Part shown: positions 1 to 9,574 of the stretch, piece by piece | Layout: each line of letters begins with the position of its first letter | Position numbering within the stretch: the first letter of the stretch is position 1 | NCBI GenBank assembly: GCA_017446025.1 | Contig: JAFSRR010000091.1 | Location: 8,661-72,660, forward strand | DNA from: Bacteroidales bacterium | Lineage (GTDB): Bacteria > Bacteroidota > Bacteroidia > Bacteroidales > UBA1402 | DNA: 64,000 nucleotides | Reading direction: 5' to 3' | Program-made: the position numbers and the translations under genes | The notes under the pieces: generated by a model | What the model saw: only the letters and a program-made list of their open reading frames with translations | What the model was told of the DNA's origin: nothing | Databases searched by the model: none

Positions 1-1653
1 TTCCTGGGCGATCTTGGTGGCATTGATCGTATAGACGGTGATATTGTTCTTGGCAAAATAGCGTTTTACCTTGTTGGGCATGAATTTCTCCAGCTCCTCC
101 CCTTCGAAGATGGTGTTCAACAGGAAGGTGCCGTTTTTCTGCAGGCCGCGGGTCACATCGTACATGTGCAGGTAGGCCTGGACGTGGCAAGCCACGAAAT
201 TGGGCGTGGTGACCAGGTAGGTGGAGCGGATGGGCGTGTCGCCGAAACGCAGGTGCGAGCAGGTGAAACCGCCCGACTTCTTGGAGTCGTAGGAGAAATA
301 GGCCTGGCAATATTTGTCGGTGTTGTCACCGATGATCTTGACCGAGTTCTTGTTGGCACCCACCGTACCGTCGGCACCCAGTCCGTAGAACTTGGCCTGG
401 AACATGCCGTCGCCGCCCAGGGCGATTTCCTCGACTTCGGGCAGGGAGGTGAAGGTGACATCATCGACAATACCGATGGTGAAGTGGTTCTTGGGCTGGG
501 GCATGGCCAAGTTGTTGAACACACTGATGATCTGGGCCGGCGTGGTGTCGTGCGATCCCAGACCGTAGCGGCCGCCGACGATGAGCGGACGGTTTTCTAC
601 ATCGTAGAAGGCATCCTTCACGTCGATGTAGAGCGGCTCGCCATTGGCACCTGGTTCTTTGGTGCGATCCAGCACGGCGATGCGCTTGACAGTCTTGGGA
701 ACGGCAGCCAAAAGGTGCTTGATCGAGAAGGGACGATACAGATGAACGGAAATCATGCCCACCTTCTGGCCTTTGGCATTCAGGTAGTCGATAGCTTCGC
801 GAGCGGCATCGGTGGCCGAACCCATCAAGATGATCATGCGATCTGCATCCTTGGCTCCGTAGTATGAGAACAGATGGTATTCGCGACCGGTAATCTTGGA
901 GATTTCACCGAGGTATTTCTCAACCACATCGGGCACGCTGTCATAATAGGGGTTGCAGGCCTCACGATGCGTGAAGAAGGTTTCGGGGTTTTCGGCCGTA
1001 CCGCGGGTGATGGGGCGCTCGGGACTCATGGCACGGTCGCGGAAACGCTTGATGTATTCTTCGTTGACCAGCGGACGGATATCTTCCTGATCCATCATCT
1101 CGATCTTGTGGTACTCATGCGAAGTGCGGAAACCATCGAAGAAGTTCACGAAGGGAACGCAGGTCTCCAGGGAGGCCAGGTGAGCGACGGCCGTCAGGTC
1201 CATGACTTCTTGCACCGAGCCTTCGCACAGCATGGCAAAACCAGTTTGGCGGCAGGCCATCACATCCTGATGGTCGCCGAAGATGCACAGGGCATGGCTG
1301 GCCAGCGTACGGGCCGAAACGTCGAAGACGCAAGGAATCAGTTCACCGGCTATCTTGTACATGTTGGGTATCATCAGCAGAAGACCCTGCGATGCAGTAA
1401 AGGTGGTGGTCAGGGCACCGGCTTGCAGCGAACCATGCACGGCACCGGCGGCACCGGCTTCAGACTGCATTTCCTGTACTGTAACTGTCTGGCCCCAAAG
1501 GTTTTTACGACCACGGGCAGCCCACTCGTCAACATGCTCCGCCATAGGCGATGACGGGGTGATGGGATAGATGGCGGCCACCTCCGAGAACATATAGCTC
1601 ACATGAGCTGCAGCCTCGTTACCGTCGCAAGTCAAAAATTTCTTCTGTTTCAT
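1..1653 (-). CDS. nifJ: Pyruvate:ferredoxin (flavodoxin) oxidoreductase, N-terminal part. The gene continues past the left window edge.
   Basis: My minus-strand translation from the ATG at 1651-1653 reads MKQKKFLTCDGNEAAAHVSYMFSEVAAIYPITPSSPMAEHVDEWAARGRKNLWGQTVTVQEMQSEAGAAGAVHGSLQAGALTTTFTASQGLLLMIPNMYKIAGELIP..., the characteristic PFOR N-terminus. The frame stays open to position 1. It is missing from the ORF track because it is truncated. Confidence 0.85.
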   Translation of the reverse strand, partial: MKQKKFLTCDGNEAAAHVSYMFSEVAAIYPITPSSPMAEHVDEWAARGRKNLWGQTVTVQEMQSEAGAAGAVHGSLQAGALTTTFTASQGLLLMIPNMYKIAGELIPCVFDVSARTLASHALCIFGDHQDVMACRQTGFAMLCEGSVQEVMDLTAVAHLASLETCVPFVNFFDGFRTSHEYHKIEMMDQEDIRPLVNEEYIKRFRDRAMSPERPITRGTAENPETFFTHREACNPYYDSVPDVVEKYLGEISKITGREYHLFSYYGAKDADRMIILMGSATDAAREAIDYLNAKGQKVGMISVHLYRPFSIKHLLAAVPKTVKRIAVLDRTKEPGANGEPLYIDVKDAFYDVENRPLIVGGRYGLGSHDTTPAQIISVFNNLAMPQPKNHFTIGIVDDVTFTSLPEVEEIALGGDGMFQAKFYGLGADGTVGANKNSVKIIGDNTDKYCQAYFSYDSKKSGGFTCSHLRFGDTPIRSTYLVTTPNFVACHVQAYLHMYDVTRGLQKNGTFLLNTIFEGEELEKFMPNKVKRYFAKNNITVYTINATKIAQE

Positions 1654-1737
1654 CTGTAAATCGGTAATTATTAGGTTATTATTCTTGTGTCAATTTCCAT
1701 TGCGAGCCGATTGGCCAACGGCCTGCAAATTTGGGAA

Positions 1738-1745
1738 CAAAGGTA
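1738..1745 (-). promoter_or_regulatory. Bacteroidota -7 box (TACCTTTG on the minus strand) upstream of PFOR
   Basis: The plus strand reads caaaggta, whose reverse complement is TACCTTTG, matching the TAnnTTTG consensus. It lies about 85 nt upstream of the PFOR ATG. Confidence 0.4.
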
Positions 1746-1872
1746 GCGATAATCAAACAAAAATCCAAGTTAAAATATAGCCCATAAGGCAATCAGGCCC
1801 TTCACATGATATGTGAAGAACAGTTTGAAAAATTTTTTGAGCAAGTAGCGTTAGGTATTGGATAATAATCTA

Positions 1873-1880
1873 TACCTTTG
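1873..1880 (+). promoter_or_regulatory. Bacteroidota -7 box TACCTTTG upstream of cstA
   Basis: Exact TAnnTTTG match about 42 nt upstream of the ATG at 1922. Confidence 0.5.
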
Positions 1881-1921
1881 CGTTTTGCATGTAAACTGAA
1901 AGCGAACCCACAAGAAGACAA

Positions 1922-3379
1922 ATGATCACATTCGCTATCTGTCTTATCTTCCTCGTCGGCGGCTATTTCATCTATGGAAGGTTTGTCGACCGCATCTTCG
2001 GACCGGACGACCGCCAAACGCCGGCCCAGGCCAGCCAGGACGGTGTGGACTATGTCCCCCTGCCCACCTGGAAGATATTCCTGATCCAATTCCTGAACAT
2101 CGCCGGACTGGGACCCATCTTCGGCGCCGTGCTGGGAGCCATGTACGGTCCGGTCGTCTTTTTGTGGATTACTTTCGGCACCGTGTTCATCGGAGCCGTC
2201 CACGACTATTTCTCCGGCATGATTTCTGAGCGCTACAACGGCACCAGCCTGCCCGACCTGATCGGCATCTTCCTAGGCAAGCCCGTCAAGATACTGATGC
2301 GTGTGCTGATCGTGGTACTGATGGTGATGGTGGGAACGGTCTTCGTGAACGGTCCGGCCAATATCCTGGCCGGTCTCACCGGCAGCGCTTTCAACGGCCT
2401 GATGGGCCTAAGATTCTGGATCGTGGTCATCTTCGTCTATTTCCTGGTGGCCTGCATCTTCCCCATCGACAAGATCATCGGCAACCTCTATCCCATTTTC
2501 GGTTTCGCGCTGCTGTTCATGGCCGTGGCTTTGTTTGTCATGCTGCTGTTCAACACGGGCGACATGCCTGAACTGACACGCGACACGCTGCGCAACATGC
2601 ACCCCAACGGCGGCAAGATGCACCTTTTTCCGATGATGTTCATCACGGTGGCCTGCGGTGCCGTGTCGGGCTTCCATGCCACGCAGTCGCCCATGATGGC
2701 CCGCTGCATCAAGAAAGAGAGCGAAGGACGCAAGATATTCTATGGCGCCATGGTGGCCGAAGGCATTGTCGCCCTGATCTGGGCTGCCGCCGCCATGACC
2801 TTCTTCGGAAGCATCGAAAGTTTCCAGGACAAGATCGTGTCTGTCGGCAACAACGCCTCGATCATTGTCAACGACATCGCTCATGGCTGGCTGGGTAAGT
2901 TCGGCGCCATCCTGGCCCTGCTCGGTGTGGTGGCCGCCCCTATCACCTCGGCCGACACCGCCTTCCGTTCCTGTCGCCTGATCATTGCAGAAGCACTGAA
3001 CGTGAGCCAGAAAAACTTCTGGAACCGCGTATGGCTCAGTTTGCCGCTGTTTGCCGTCTCTATCATCCTGCTGCAGATCAACTTCGACATCATCTGGCGT
3101 TATTTCGCCTTCACCAACCAGACGCTAGCCGCCTTCACCCTTTGGGCTGTCACCGTCTACCTCTACCGACAGCACAAACCCTGGATCATCACGCTGATTC
3201 CGGCCATATTCATGACCGTGGTCTGCTCCACCTATATATTATGCGCTCCCGAAGGGCTGCAACTGCCGCTGAACCTGTCGCTGGGCATCGGGCTGGGCTT
3301 CGCCGCCTGCTGCACGGCTTTGTTCTTCTGGCTCAGAATCAAGGAAAACAAAACAACAAATCAATATTCAACCCTTTAA
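1922..3379 (+). CDS. cstA: Carbon starvation protein A (peptide/pyruvate transporter family)
   Basis: 485-aa polytopic membrane protein. The N-terminus ...YVPLPTWKIFLIQFLNIAGLGPIFGAVLGAMYGPVVFLWITFGTVFIGAVHDYFSGM is typical of CstA. Confidence 0.88.
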   Translation: MITFAICLIFLVGGYFIYGRFVDRIFGPDDRQTPAQASQDGVDYVPLPTWKIFLIQFLNIAGLGPIFGAVLGAMYGPVVFLWITFGTVFIGAVHDYFSGMISERYNGTSLPDLIGIFLGKPVKILMRVLIVVLMVMVGTVFVNGPANILAGLTGSAFNGLMGLRFWIVVIFVYFLVACIFPIDKIIGNLYPIFGFALLFMAVALFVMLLFNTGDMPELTRDTLRNMHPNGGKMHLFPMMFITVACGAVSGFHATQSPMMARCIKKESEGRKIFYGAMVAEGIVALIWAAAAMTFFGSIESFQDKIVSVGNNASIIVNDIAHGWLGKFGAILALLGVVAAPITSADTAFRSCRLIIAEALNVSQKNFWNRVWLSLPLFAVSIILLQINFDIIWRYFAFTNQTLAAFTLWAVTVYLYRQHKPWIITLIPAIFMTVVCSTYILCAPEGLQLPLNLSLGIGLGFAACCTALFFWLRIKENKTTNQYSTL

Positions 3380-3389
3380 ACCACAAGTT

Positions 3390-6300
3390 ATGAAACTACG
3401 AGATTTCAAAATGCTTGCCGGGCTGTGCGGGCTCTTCGTACTGGTCTCCACGGCCTGCGTTGATTCCCGTTACGACACGAACAAGATCTCCGGCAAGATA
3501 GCCCTTGGCGGTGACTCGATCAGCATCCCGCTGGTCAGTTCAGACAGTATCTATCTGAAAGACATCGTGAGTTTGGACGAGATAGAAATGATCTCGACCG
3601 ATGAAAACGGCTACCGCATCGAGCAGAAGGACTCCTTCCACATCGAGATGGCCGCCATCGGTGCCATTGACGTCGATGACCAGGACTACAGTCCGGATCC
3701 CATCCAGGTGGCATTCATCGATGCCTCCCAGACGCAGATCACCATCTCCGGCATCCATCAGACCAACCGTATCAACGTAGGTCTGAACAACCTGTCGGTC
3801 GATGACATCAACATCCCGGCCGTCGATTTGCAGGAAAGCTTCAACTCGAGTGTCGGCGATTTCGCCTTGACCGAGGCCCAGAAGACCTTGAGCATAAGCC
3901 CGATCGCCATTTCGCAGAGCAACATCTTCGGCAGCGCCACCCTGCCTGCCGCGCTGGAACCCTACGCCGCCTCCCTGCCACACGAGCTCATCACCCTGTA
4001 CTTCCCCGGCGGCAATGACGTCGCCGTCAACATGCAGCAGTCGATGAACTTCAGCGCCACCGTGCCCAACGGCATCACGTCGGTCGACTGGATCGCCCTG
4101 AAGAAATCCACCCCGGCCCGCCTGGGTGTCACAATGAGCATTGAAAATGCCGCCGAACTGCTGGAGAGCGGTACGGTGACCACCAACATCGCCGTCACGC
4201 CGGCAGCCCTGTTCCGTTTTGCCGACGGCACCGTGCAGCCTGATGGAAAGATCTGGCTGAACGAAAACCTGACCAAGGCCAACAATTACTCCTTCAGCAA
4301 TACCTACTACATCGACTCCCTGGTGCTGAATGCCGCCGTCGACAACGGCAGTTTCAGCATCAACAGCCAATTCAATGCCCAGGGGGTCCTCTCTGTAGGT
4401 GAGGTTCAGTACTATGCCGACAATTTCAACAACATCAGGAACATCAAACTTAAAATGGACATCACCTTCGATGACATGACCGTCCACACCATGCAGTTTG
4501 AGATTCCGGCCCGCCAGACCAATGTCAACGGTAACGCCGACATCGAATTCTCGAGCGCCCTGCCCCAGGATGTCACCAAGGTGGACAGCATCGTCACCGT
4601 CGATCCGAGCTACATTGCCATCACCCTGAAAGGTTCCAACTCGATTGCCGGCCTGAAAGGCAACATCAAGATCGACGCCCTGTCGATTGCCTTCCCCCAG
4701 GAATTTGTCTTTGACAACGTCGAGGGTCTGAACCAGGAGACCAACATCTACTCGATTGCCGACGAAGCCTTCGATCCCGTCAACGGCAAGACCATCATGC
4801 TGCCGCTCAAGCGGATTGACATGAGCGAAACGCCTGTCACCATCGACCACAATATCGTCTGGAGCAAGAAAGTCACCTACAACGGCACCCTGAGCGTGTC
4901 GGGCAAGGTCAACAGCGACAACATCCCGACCGGCCAGGCCAGCTTCAGCATGAATGTCAACTCGAACATCACCGCCGGTCCGGTCCATGTGGTAATCAAC
5001 AATATCAGCCAGCCGCTCGACGAACAGAAAGTGCCCATCAACTTCGTCTTCTCGACCGCCGATATGATCTCGGCCGTCCAGACAGCCACCATCGAAGACG
5101 GCACCTTCCTCAAGATCAAGCTGGTCAAGCCCAAGACACTGCCGCTGACCGGTAACATCGTCATCCAGTTCCCGAAGATGATGGAATTTGCCGACGATGC
5201 CCATCTGGACAAGACCAACAACCAGTATATCATCAACGGCGAACTGCCCGATGAAATTTCGCTGGAACTCAAAAAACTGGTCATCAACCAGTTCCTCGAC
5301 AACGGTATGCTGTCGGTCAAAGACTCTGTCACCATCAACGGTACGGTCGCCATCGCCGGCGGTCCGGCCAACAGCGAAGACCTGAAGCAGATCTCAACCG
5401 AGGACATGTCGATGGATATCCGTCTGGATGACATGCACATCACCGATGTCGATGCCAACATCACCGGTATCAAGGCCGAATACCGCGACTCGGCCTCCTT
5501 CTCGACGCCGATCGAGATTCCGGCTGAGATCCTGGCCATCGACAGCATCATGCTCAAGGACGGTGCCACCCTCACACTCGAGCTGAATGTCCAGAACCTG
5601 CCCAATGTGAGCGAAGACATCATCATGGACTTCCGCCTGCAGGCGCCCGACAAGTTCATGCTCCAGAGCGAGGAAGTGAACGAAATGAACTATTGGAACT
5701 TCAAGGAGAAACTGGTCAACAACCAGCCGGTGGTCAAGAGCATCCTTGTCAGGGGTATCAACCTCTCGGGCGAGAAGCTGGAGGGCACCTACAACCTGAA
5801 CGAGTTCATGAGATACAACGTCAATGTTTCGATGAACAGCGCCACCCTGCACAGCAGCGATCTGGCCGGTGAGCCCATCACCATCAAGGCAGACATCAAG
5901 CTGAAAGGCGTTCAGGTGGAAAAGGTCTATGGTCTGGTCAGTCCGACCATCGATGCCATCCACGAGGAAATCTCGCTGGAAGACTTCCCCGAACAGTTCA
6001 AGGGTGAAGACACCCGCTTGGACATCAACCCCATCCTGATGCTCAACACCTCGTACAACCTGGCCATCCCGCTTACCATCAACGGCATCATGACTCCTTA
6101 TTATGGAGAGATTCCCAACATGACCAAGGCCCAGAACATGGAACTGGCCCTGGAAGCCGGTTCGCCTGAGGCACCTGCCGTCAACAACTTCTGGATTTCC
6201 GCCACCGACGAAGGCAAGCCCGACGACTACACCTTTGTCAAGGTTGACATCAACAAGCTGTTCGAAACGATCCCCGACAAGATCACCATGGACATGGAAG

Positions 6301-6854
6301 CCCATACCAACATCGATGTCCAGCATCAGGTTGACCTGGGTGCCGACTATGCCGCCGACATCAAGTATCACATGCTCATCCCGCTGGCCTTCGGTGAAAA
6401 CCTGAACATCACCTACAAGGACACCCTGATGATCGACCTCAACCTCGGAGACGAGGATGATGACAAGGACAGCCAGAAGGAAGAGAAGAAGGTCACCGAC
6501 TACCTGGGTGAAAGCATCCAGATCATCGGTATGATTGAAAACTCCATTCCGCTGAATCTGACAGGTTCGCTCATCCCCATCGACGAGGAGAAAGACCCCA
6601 TCGCCGGTATCGAGCCCGTTGCCTTTGAAATCAGGGCCGGCAAGGCCGATGGCTCCGCCACCACCTCGCCCATCACCATTGCCTTCAAGAACGACAGCCA
6701 CCAGTTCGACCGCCTGGCCGGATTCATCATGGAATTCAAGGTCAGCTCGGACGCCACCGTGGCCGGTACCTCCATCAAACCGGACAATTTCCTGAAAGCA
6801 AGATTGTTCTTGCGGATAGTCGGTGGTATCATCATTGATGCAGACGATTTTTAA
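3390..6854 (+). CDS. Large (1154 aa) predicted surface lipoprotein of unknown function
   Basis: Signal peptide plus lipobox (MKLRDFKMLAGLCGLFVLVSTAC). The body is long and rich in N/D/T/I/V, suggesting beta structure, with no enzymatic motif I recognise. There is an acidic/lysine patch (DEDDDKDSQKEEKK) near the C-terminus. Confidence 0.7.
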   Translation: MKLRDFKMLAGLCGLFVLVSTACVDSRYDTNKISGKIALGGDSISIPLVSSDSIYLKDIVSLDEIEMISTDENGYRIEQKDSFHIEMAAIGAIDVDDQDYSPDPIQVAFIDASQTQITISGIHQTNRINVGLNNLSVDDINIPAVDLQESFNSSVGDFALTEAQKTLSISPIAISQSNIFGSATLPAALEPYAASLPHELITLYFPGGNDVAVNMQQSMNFSATVPNGITSVDWIALKKSTPARLGVTMSIENAAELLESGTVTTNIAVTPAALFRFADGTVQPDGKIWLNENLTKANNYSFSNTYYIDSLVLNAAVDNGSFSINSQFNAQGVLSVGEVQYYADNFNNIRNIKLKMDITFDDMTVHTMQFEIPARQTNVNGNADIEFSSALPQDVTKVDSIVTVDPSYIAITLKGSNSIAGLKGNIKIDALSIAFPQEFVFDNVEGLNQETNIYSIADEAFDPVNGKTIMLPLKRIDMSETPVTIDHNIVWSKKVTYNGTLSVSGKVNSDNIPTGQASFSMNVNSNITAGPVHVVINNISQPLDEQKVPINFVFSTADMISAVQTATIEDGTFLKIKLVKPKTLPLTGNIVIQFPKMMEFADDAHLDKTNNQYIINGELPDEISLELKKLVINQFLDNGMLSVKDSVTINGTVAIAGGPANSEDLKQISTEDMSMDIRLDDMHITDVDANITGIKAEYRDSASFSTPIEIPAEILAIDSIMLKDGATLTLELNVQNLPNVSEDIIMDFRLQAPDKFMLQSEEVNEMNYWNFKEKLVNNQPVVKSILVRGINLSGEKLEGTYNLNEFMRYNVNVSMNSATLHSSDLAGEPITIKADIKLKGVQVEKVYGLVSPTIDAIHEEISLEDFPEQFKGEDTRLDINPILMLNTSYNLAIPLTINGIMTPYYGEIPNMTKAQNMELALEAGSPEAPAVNNFWISATDEGKPDDYTFVKVDINKLFETIPDKITMDMEAHTNIDVQHQVDLGADYAADIKYHMLIPLAFGENLNITYKDTLMIDLNLGDEDDDKDSQKEEKKVTDYLGESIQIIGMIENSIPLNLTGSLIPIDEEKDPIAGIEPVAFEIRAGKADGSATTSPITIAFKNDSHQFDRLAGFIMEFKVSSDATVAGTSIKPDNFLKARLFLRIVGGIIIDADDF

Positions 6855-6879
6855 TGCTAACGCCTAAAGAGAAAAGATT

Positions 6880-8568
6880 ATGAAAACTACATTCTATAAA
6901 TCCTTGATCCTTGGCTTGAGCTTCCTGAGTTGCCTGACGTTGTCGGCCCAGTACAACAAGACCAGCTATTTCATGAAAGGCTCGACCACCAAGCAGCTGA
7001 TGAACCCTGCCCTGAACTCGGGCAGAGCCTACCTCGACCTGCCCATCCTGGGCGGCATCGATCTTGGTACCTCCTCCAACATGGGCGTTACCACCTTCTT
7101 CTTCCCTGATGAAGAGAACGACCAACTGCTCACCTTCCTGCATCCCGATGTCTCGGCCGACCAGTTCCTGGACGGCCTGGCCGACAACAACTTCCTCGAG
7201 ATGAACAGCCGCTTCGCCCTGTTCGGCTTCGGAGCCAACACCAAGCACGGCTACCTGTCGTTCAACATGGACTTCAAGGTAGACGGCGGTATGAACATTC
7301 CCAAATCGTTCTTCGCCTTTTTGAAGAAAGGTATGGACAACGGTACCCGCACCACCTATGATATCCGCGACCTGAAGTTCTACGGCGAAGGTTATCTGGA
7401 AACCGGCATCGGCTATTCGATCGACCTGCTCGACAACTTGAGCGTCGGTCTGCGCCTGAAAGGCCTGCTCGGTGCGAGCACCCTCAACGGCGGTATCGAT
7501 CAGATGCTCGTCGACATGACGCCCGAAGAGTGGACCTTCACGACCAAGGCCAGCCTTTCGACCAACGCTCCTGTCAACTTCACATACTCCGAATCGGGTC
7601 CGAACGGCTACGTGAACGGGGGCAATCCCGCACTGGGCAAAATCAAGGACGCCATCAGCGCGGGTTACGGCATCGACTTCGGTGTGGCTTATTCGCCTAT
7701 CAAGGACCTGGTCCTCTCGGCCGCTGTGACCGACCTGGGCGGTATCAAGTGGAACAACATGCTCGTCCTGAAGTCGGCCGGTGAAGTCAAGTATGCCGGT
7801 ATCAACAACCTGAACATCGGCGATGACAACAGCAACACCAATCAGGAAACCGAGGAACAGCTCGAAGAACTGGTCGATGACATGAAAGAAATCATCCAGT
7901 TCCGTGAAGACGGCACCCTGCCCAGCGAATTCCACCGCCTGACTGCCAGCACCGTCATCGGTGCCGAATACAGTGCCTGGAAAAACCGTGTCAGCGCCGG
8001 CTTGCTCTACACCACCGACTACAACCGCTTCGACAACTATTCGGAGATGATGTTCGTGGCCAATATCCGTCCAGTCGATCTGGTACAGCTGTCGGCCAGC
8101 TACACCTTCTACTCCGAGTATGCCAAAGGTCTGGGTGTATCGCTCGCCCTGTTCAACACCCTGTTTATCGCCTGGGAAAGAACCCTGCTGAACGTCACCC
8201 CCGACTACATGCCCATCGATCCTCTGACGACCAGCATCCACGTTGGGTTGCACATTCCGTTGAGCGGCAACAAGAAGATGAAACACAGTGCCATCAACGA
8301 CCGCTCTGCCGAAGTCTTCCAGGCAGCTGTCGAGGCCATGGAAAAAGTAGAGGTCTGCGGCGTGGTGCTCAATGCCGAGGGTGAACCCATCAAGGATGCC
8401 AACGTCTATGCCGAAGGCTACAGCGATTTCCACACCATGACCGATGCCAACGGTGCCTACTCGCTGACCGTGCCCAAGGGTGCCCGTCTGAGATTCTCGG
8501 CGCTTTCCTACAAGCCCCAGACCCTCAAGACCAAAGGCGACAAGCTGGACGTCCGTCTGAAACACTAA
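6880..8568 (+). CDS. Outer-membrane beta-barrel protein, PorP/SprF/TraF-like (DUF5723-like), with a C-terminal CarboxypepD_reg-like domain
   Basis: Signal peptide ending ...LSAQ. The N-terminal YNKTSYFMKG...LMNPAL motif resembles PorP/SprF-type barrels, and the body is Gly/aromatic-rich with alternating beta-strand character. The last ~75 aa (VCGVVLNAEGEPIKDANVYAEGYSDFHTMTDANGAYSLTVPKGARLRFSALSYKPQTL) look like a carboxypeptidase-regulatory-like fold. Confidence 0.6.
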   Translation: MKTTFYKSLILGLSFLSCLTLSAQYNKTSYFMKGSTTKQLMNPALNSGRAYLDLPILGGIDLGTSSNMGVTTFFFPDEENDQLLTFLHPDVSADQFLDGLADNNFLEMNSRFALFGFGANTKHGYLSFNMDFKVDGGMNIPKSFFAFLKKGMDNGTRTTYDIRDLKFYGEGYLETGIGYSIDLLDNLSVGLRLKGLLGASTLNGGIDQMLVDMTPEEWTFTTKASLSTNAPVNFTYSESGPNGYVNGGNPALGKIKDAISAGYGIDFGVAYSPIKDLVLSAAVTDLGGIKWNNMLVLKSAGEVKYAGINNLNIGDDNSNTNQETEEQLEELVDDMKEIIQFREDGTLPSEFHRLTASTVIGAEYSAWKNRVSAGLLYTTDYNRFDNYSEMMFVANIRPVDLVQLSASYTFYSEYAKGLGVSLALFNTLFIAWERTLLNVTPDYMPIDPLTTSIHVGLHIPLSGNKKMKHSAINDRSAEVFQAAVEAMEKVEVCGVVLNAEGEPIKDANVYAEGYSDFHTMTDANGAYSLTVPKGARLRFSALSYKPQTLKTKGDKLDVRLKH

Positions 8569-8609
8569 GCTAGTGGTCGGCAGGGACTGCCGACTGGGCT
8601 AAAAATAAT

Positions 8610-8648
8610 CGAGCCCCGCGACCTTGGTGGTTGCGGGGCTCGGTGTTT
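8610..8648. terminator. Bidirectional rho-independent terminator between convergent genes
   Basis: Hairpin CGAGCCCCGCGACC-ttggt-GGTTGCGGGGCTCG, flanked by an A-run upstream and GTGTTTG downstream. It lies between the stop at 8568 (+) and the stop at 8666 (-). Confidence 0.55.
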
Positions 8649-8665
8649 GACAGCTTGGGGGCTGA

Positions 8666-9574
8666 TTACTTGTTCGAGACGTGGACGTCGATCTTCTGGG
8701 CCGGGAGGGTGTAACCGGCGGAAACCATCTTGTCATAGACCGACTGGTTCATCTGGAAGAGGGCCGACCAGTAGTCGCCTGTCTTGACCCAGAAGCGCAG
8801 GGTCAGCTTGAGATAGCCGTCGCCCAGGTCGGCCACATGGACCACCGGCTGTTCCGGTTCCTTGAGCACCAGGGGGCAGACAGCGGCCAGGGCCAGCAGT
8901 TCGCCCCGTACATTCTCGACCGACTCACCGTAAGGAATACCCACGGGGATGTCCAGACGGCGGCAGTCGCTGCGCGTGTAGTTTATCAGCGAGTTGGTGG
9001 CCAGCTGCGAGTTGGGGATGATGATGACCTTGTTGTCGGGAGTGGTCAGATAGGTGTTGAAGATCTGGATGTCGTTGACCGTTCCGCTAAAGGAGCCCTG
9101 CTCGATGAAATCACCCACCTTGAAGGGTTTGAGCAGCAGGATGATCACCCCGCCGGCAAAGTTCTGCAAGGTGCCCTGCAGGGCCATGCCGATGGCCAGG
9201 CCGACAGAGCCCAACAGTGCGACAAAGGAAGCGATCTGCACGCCGACCATGCTCATGATGGTCATCACGAGCACTACCTTGAGCAGGATGTTGATCAGCG
9301 AGCCCAGAAAATTGCGCAAAGACACATCCGTGTCTCGTTTGACCATCATCTTCTTGATGAAATCCGTCAGACGGTTCACCAAATACCAACCTACCCACAA
9401 CAGCACGATCATCAGGATAATCTTGGGCACATTGGTCATGATGACATTCACATAGAACTCACGGACACCGTCCCAGAAGGTCTGGACCTTGTCGGTGGTT
9501 TCCGACACGCCCGTTTTCAGTTTTTCCACGACTTCGACCGAGTCGGGAACCATTGTTTCAACTTGTAGTATCAT
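8666..9574 (-). CDS. Mechanosensitive ion channel family protein (MscS-type)
   Basis: Three TM helices are followed by ...ALQGTLQNFAGGVIILLLKPFKVGDFIEQGSFSGTVNDIQIFNTYLTTPDNKVIIIPNSQLATNSLINYT, the MscS pore/beta-domain signature. The ATG overlaps the uvrA stop (ATGA). Confidence 0.85.
   Translation of the reverse strand: MILQVETMVPDSVEVVEKLKTGVSETTDKVQTFWDGVREFYVNVIMTNVPKIILMIVLLWVGWYLVNRLTDFIKKMMVKRDTDVSLRNFLGSLINILLKVVLVMTIMSMVGVQIASFVALLGSVGLAIGMALQGTLQNFAGGVIILLLKPFKVGDFIEQGSFSGTVNDIQIFNTYLTTPDNKVIIIPNSQLATNSLINYTRSDCRRLDIPVGIPYGESVENVRGELLALAAVCPLVLKEPEQPVVHVADLGDGYLKLTLRFWVKTGDYWSALFQMNQSVYDKMVSAGYTLPAQKIDVHVSNK

Noticed and set aside
3540-8565. Very long ORFs antisense to the two surface-protein genes (3540..5204, 5394..6701 and 6832..8565, all on the minus strand)
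   Set aside because: They lie exactly opposite well-supported plus-strand genes. They translate to G/V/D/H/R-rich low-complexity sequence and have no signal, motif or promoter context. They are typical shadow ORFs of GC-biased coding DNA. The same applies to 12579..15566 (+), 23547..25283 (-), 40131..41399 (-), 41794..42855 (+), 46063..47145 (+), 59317..61161 (-) and similar track entries.
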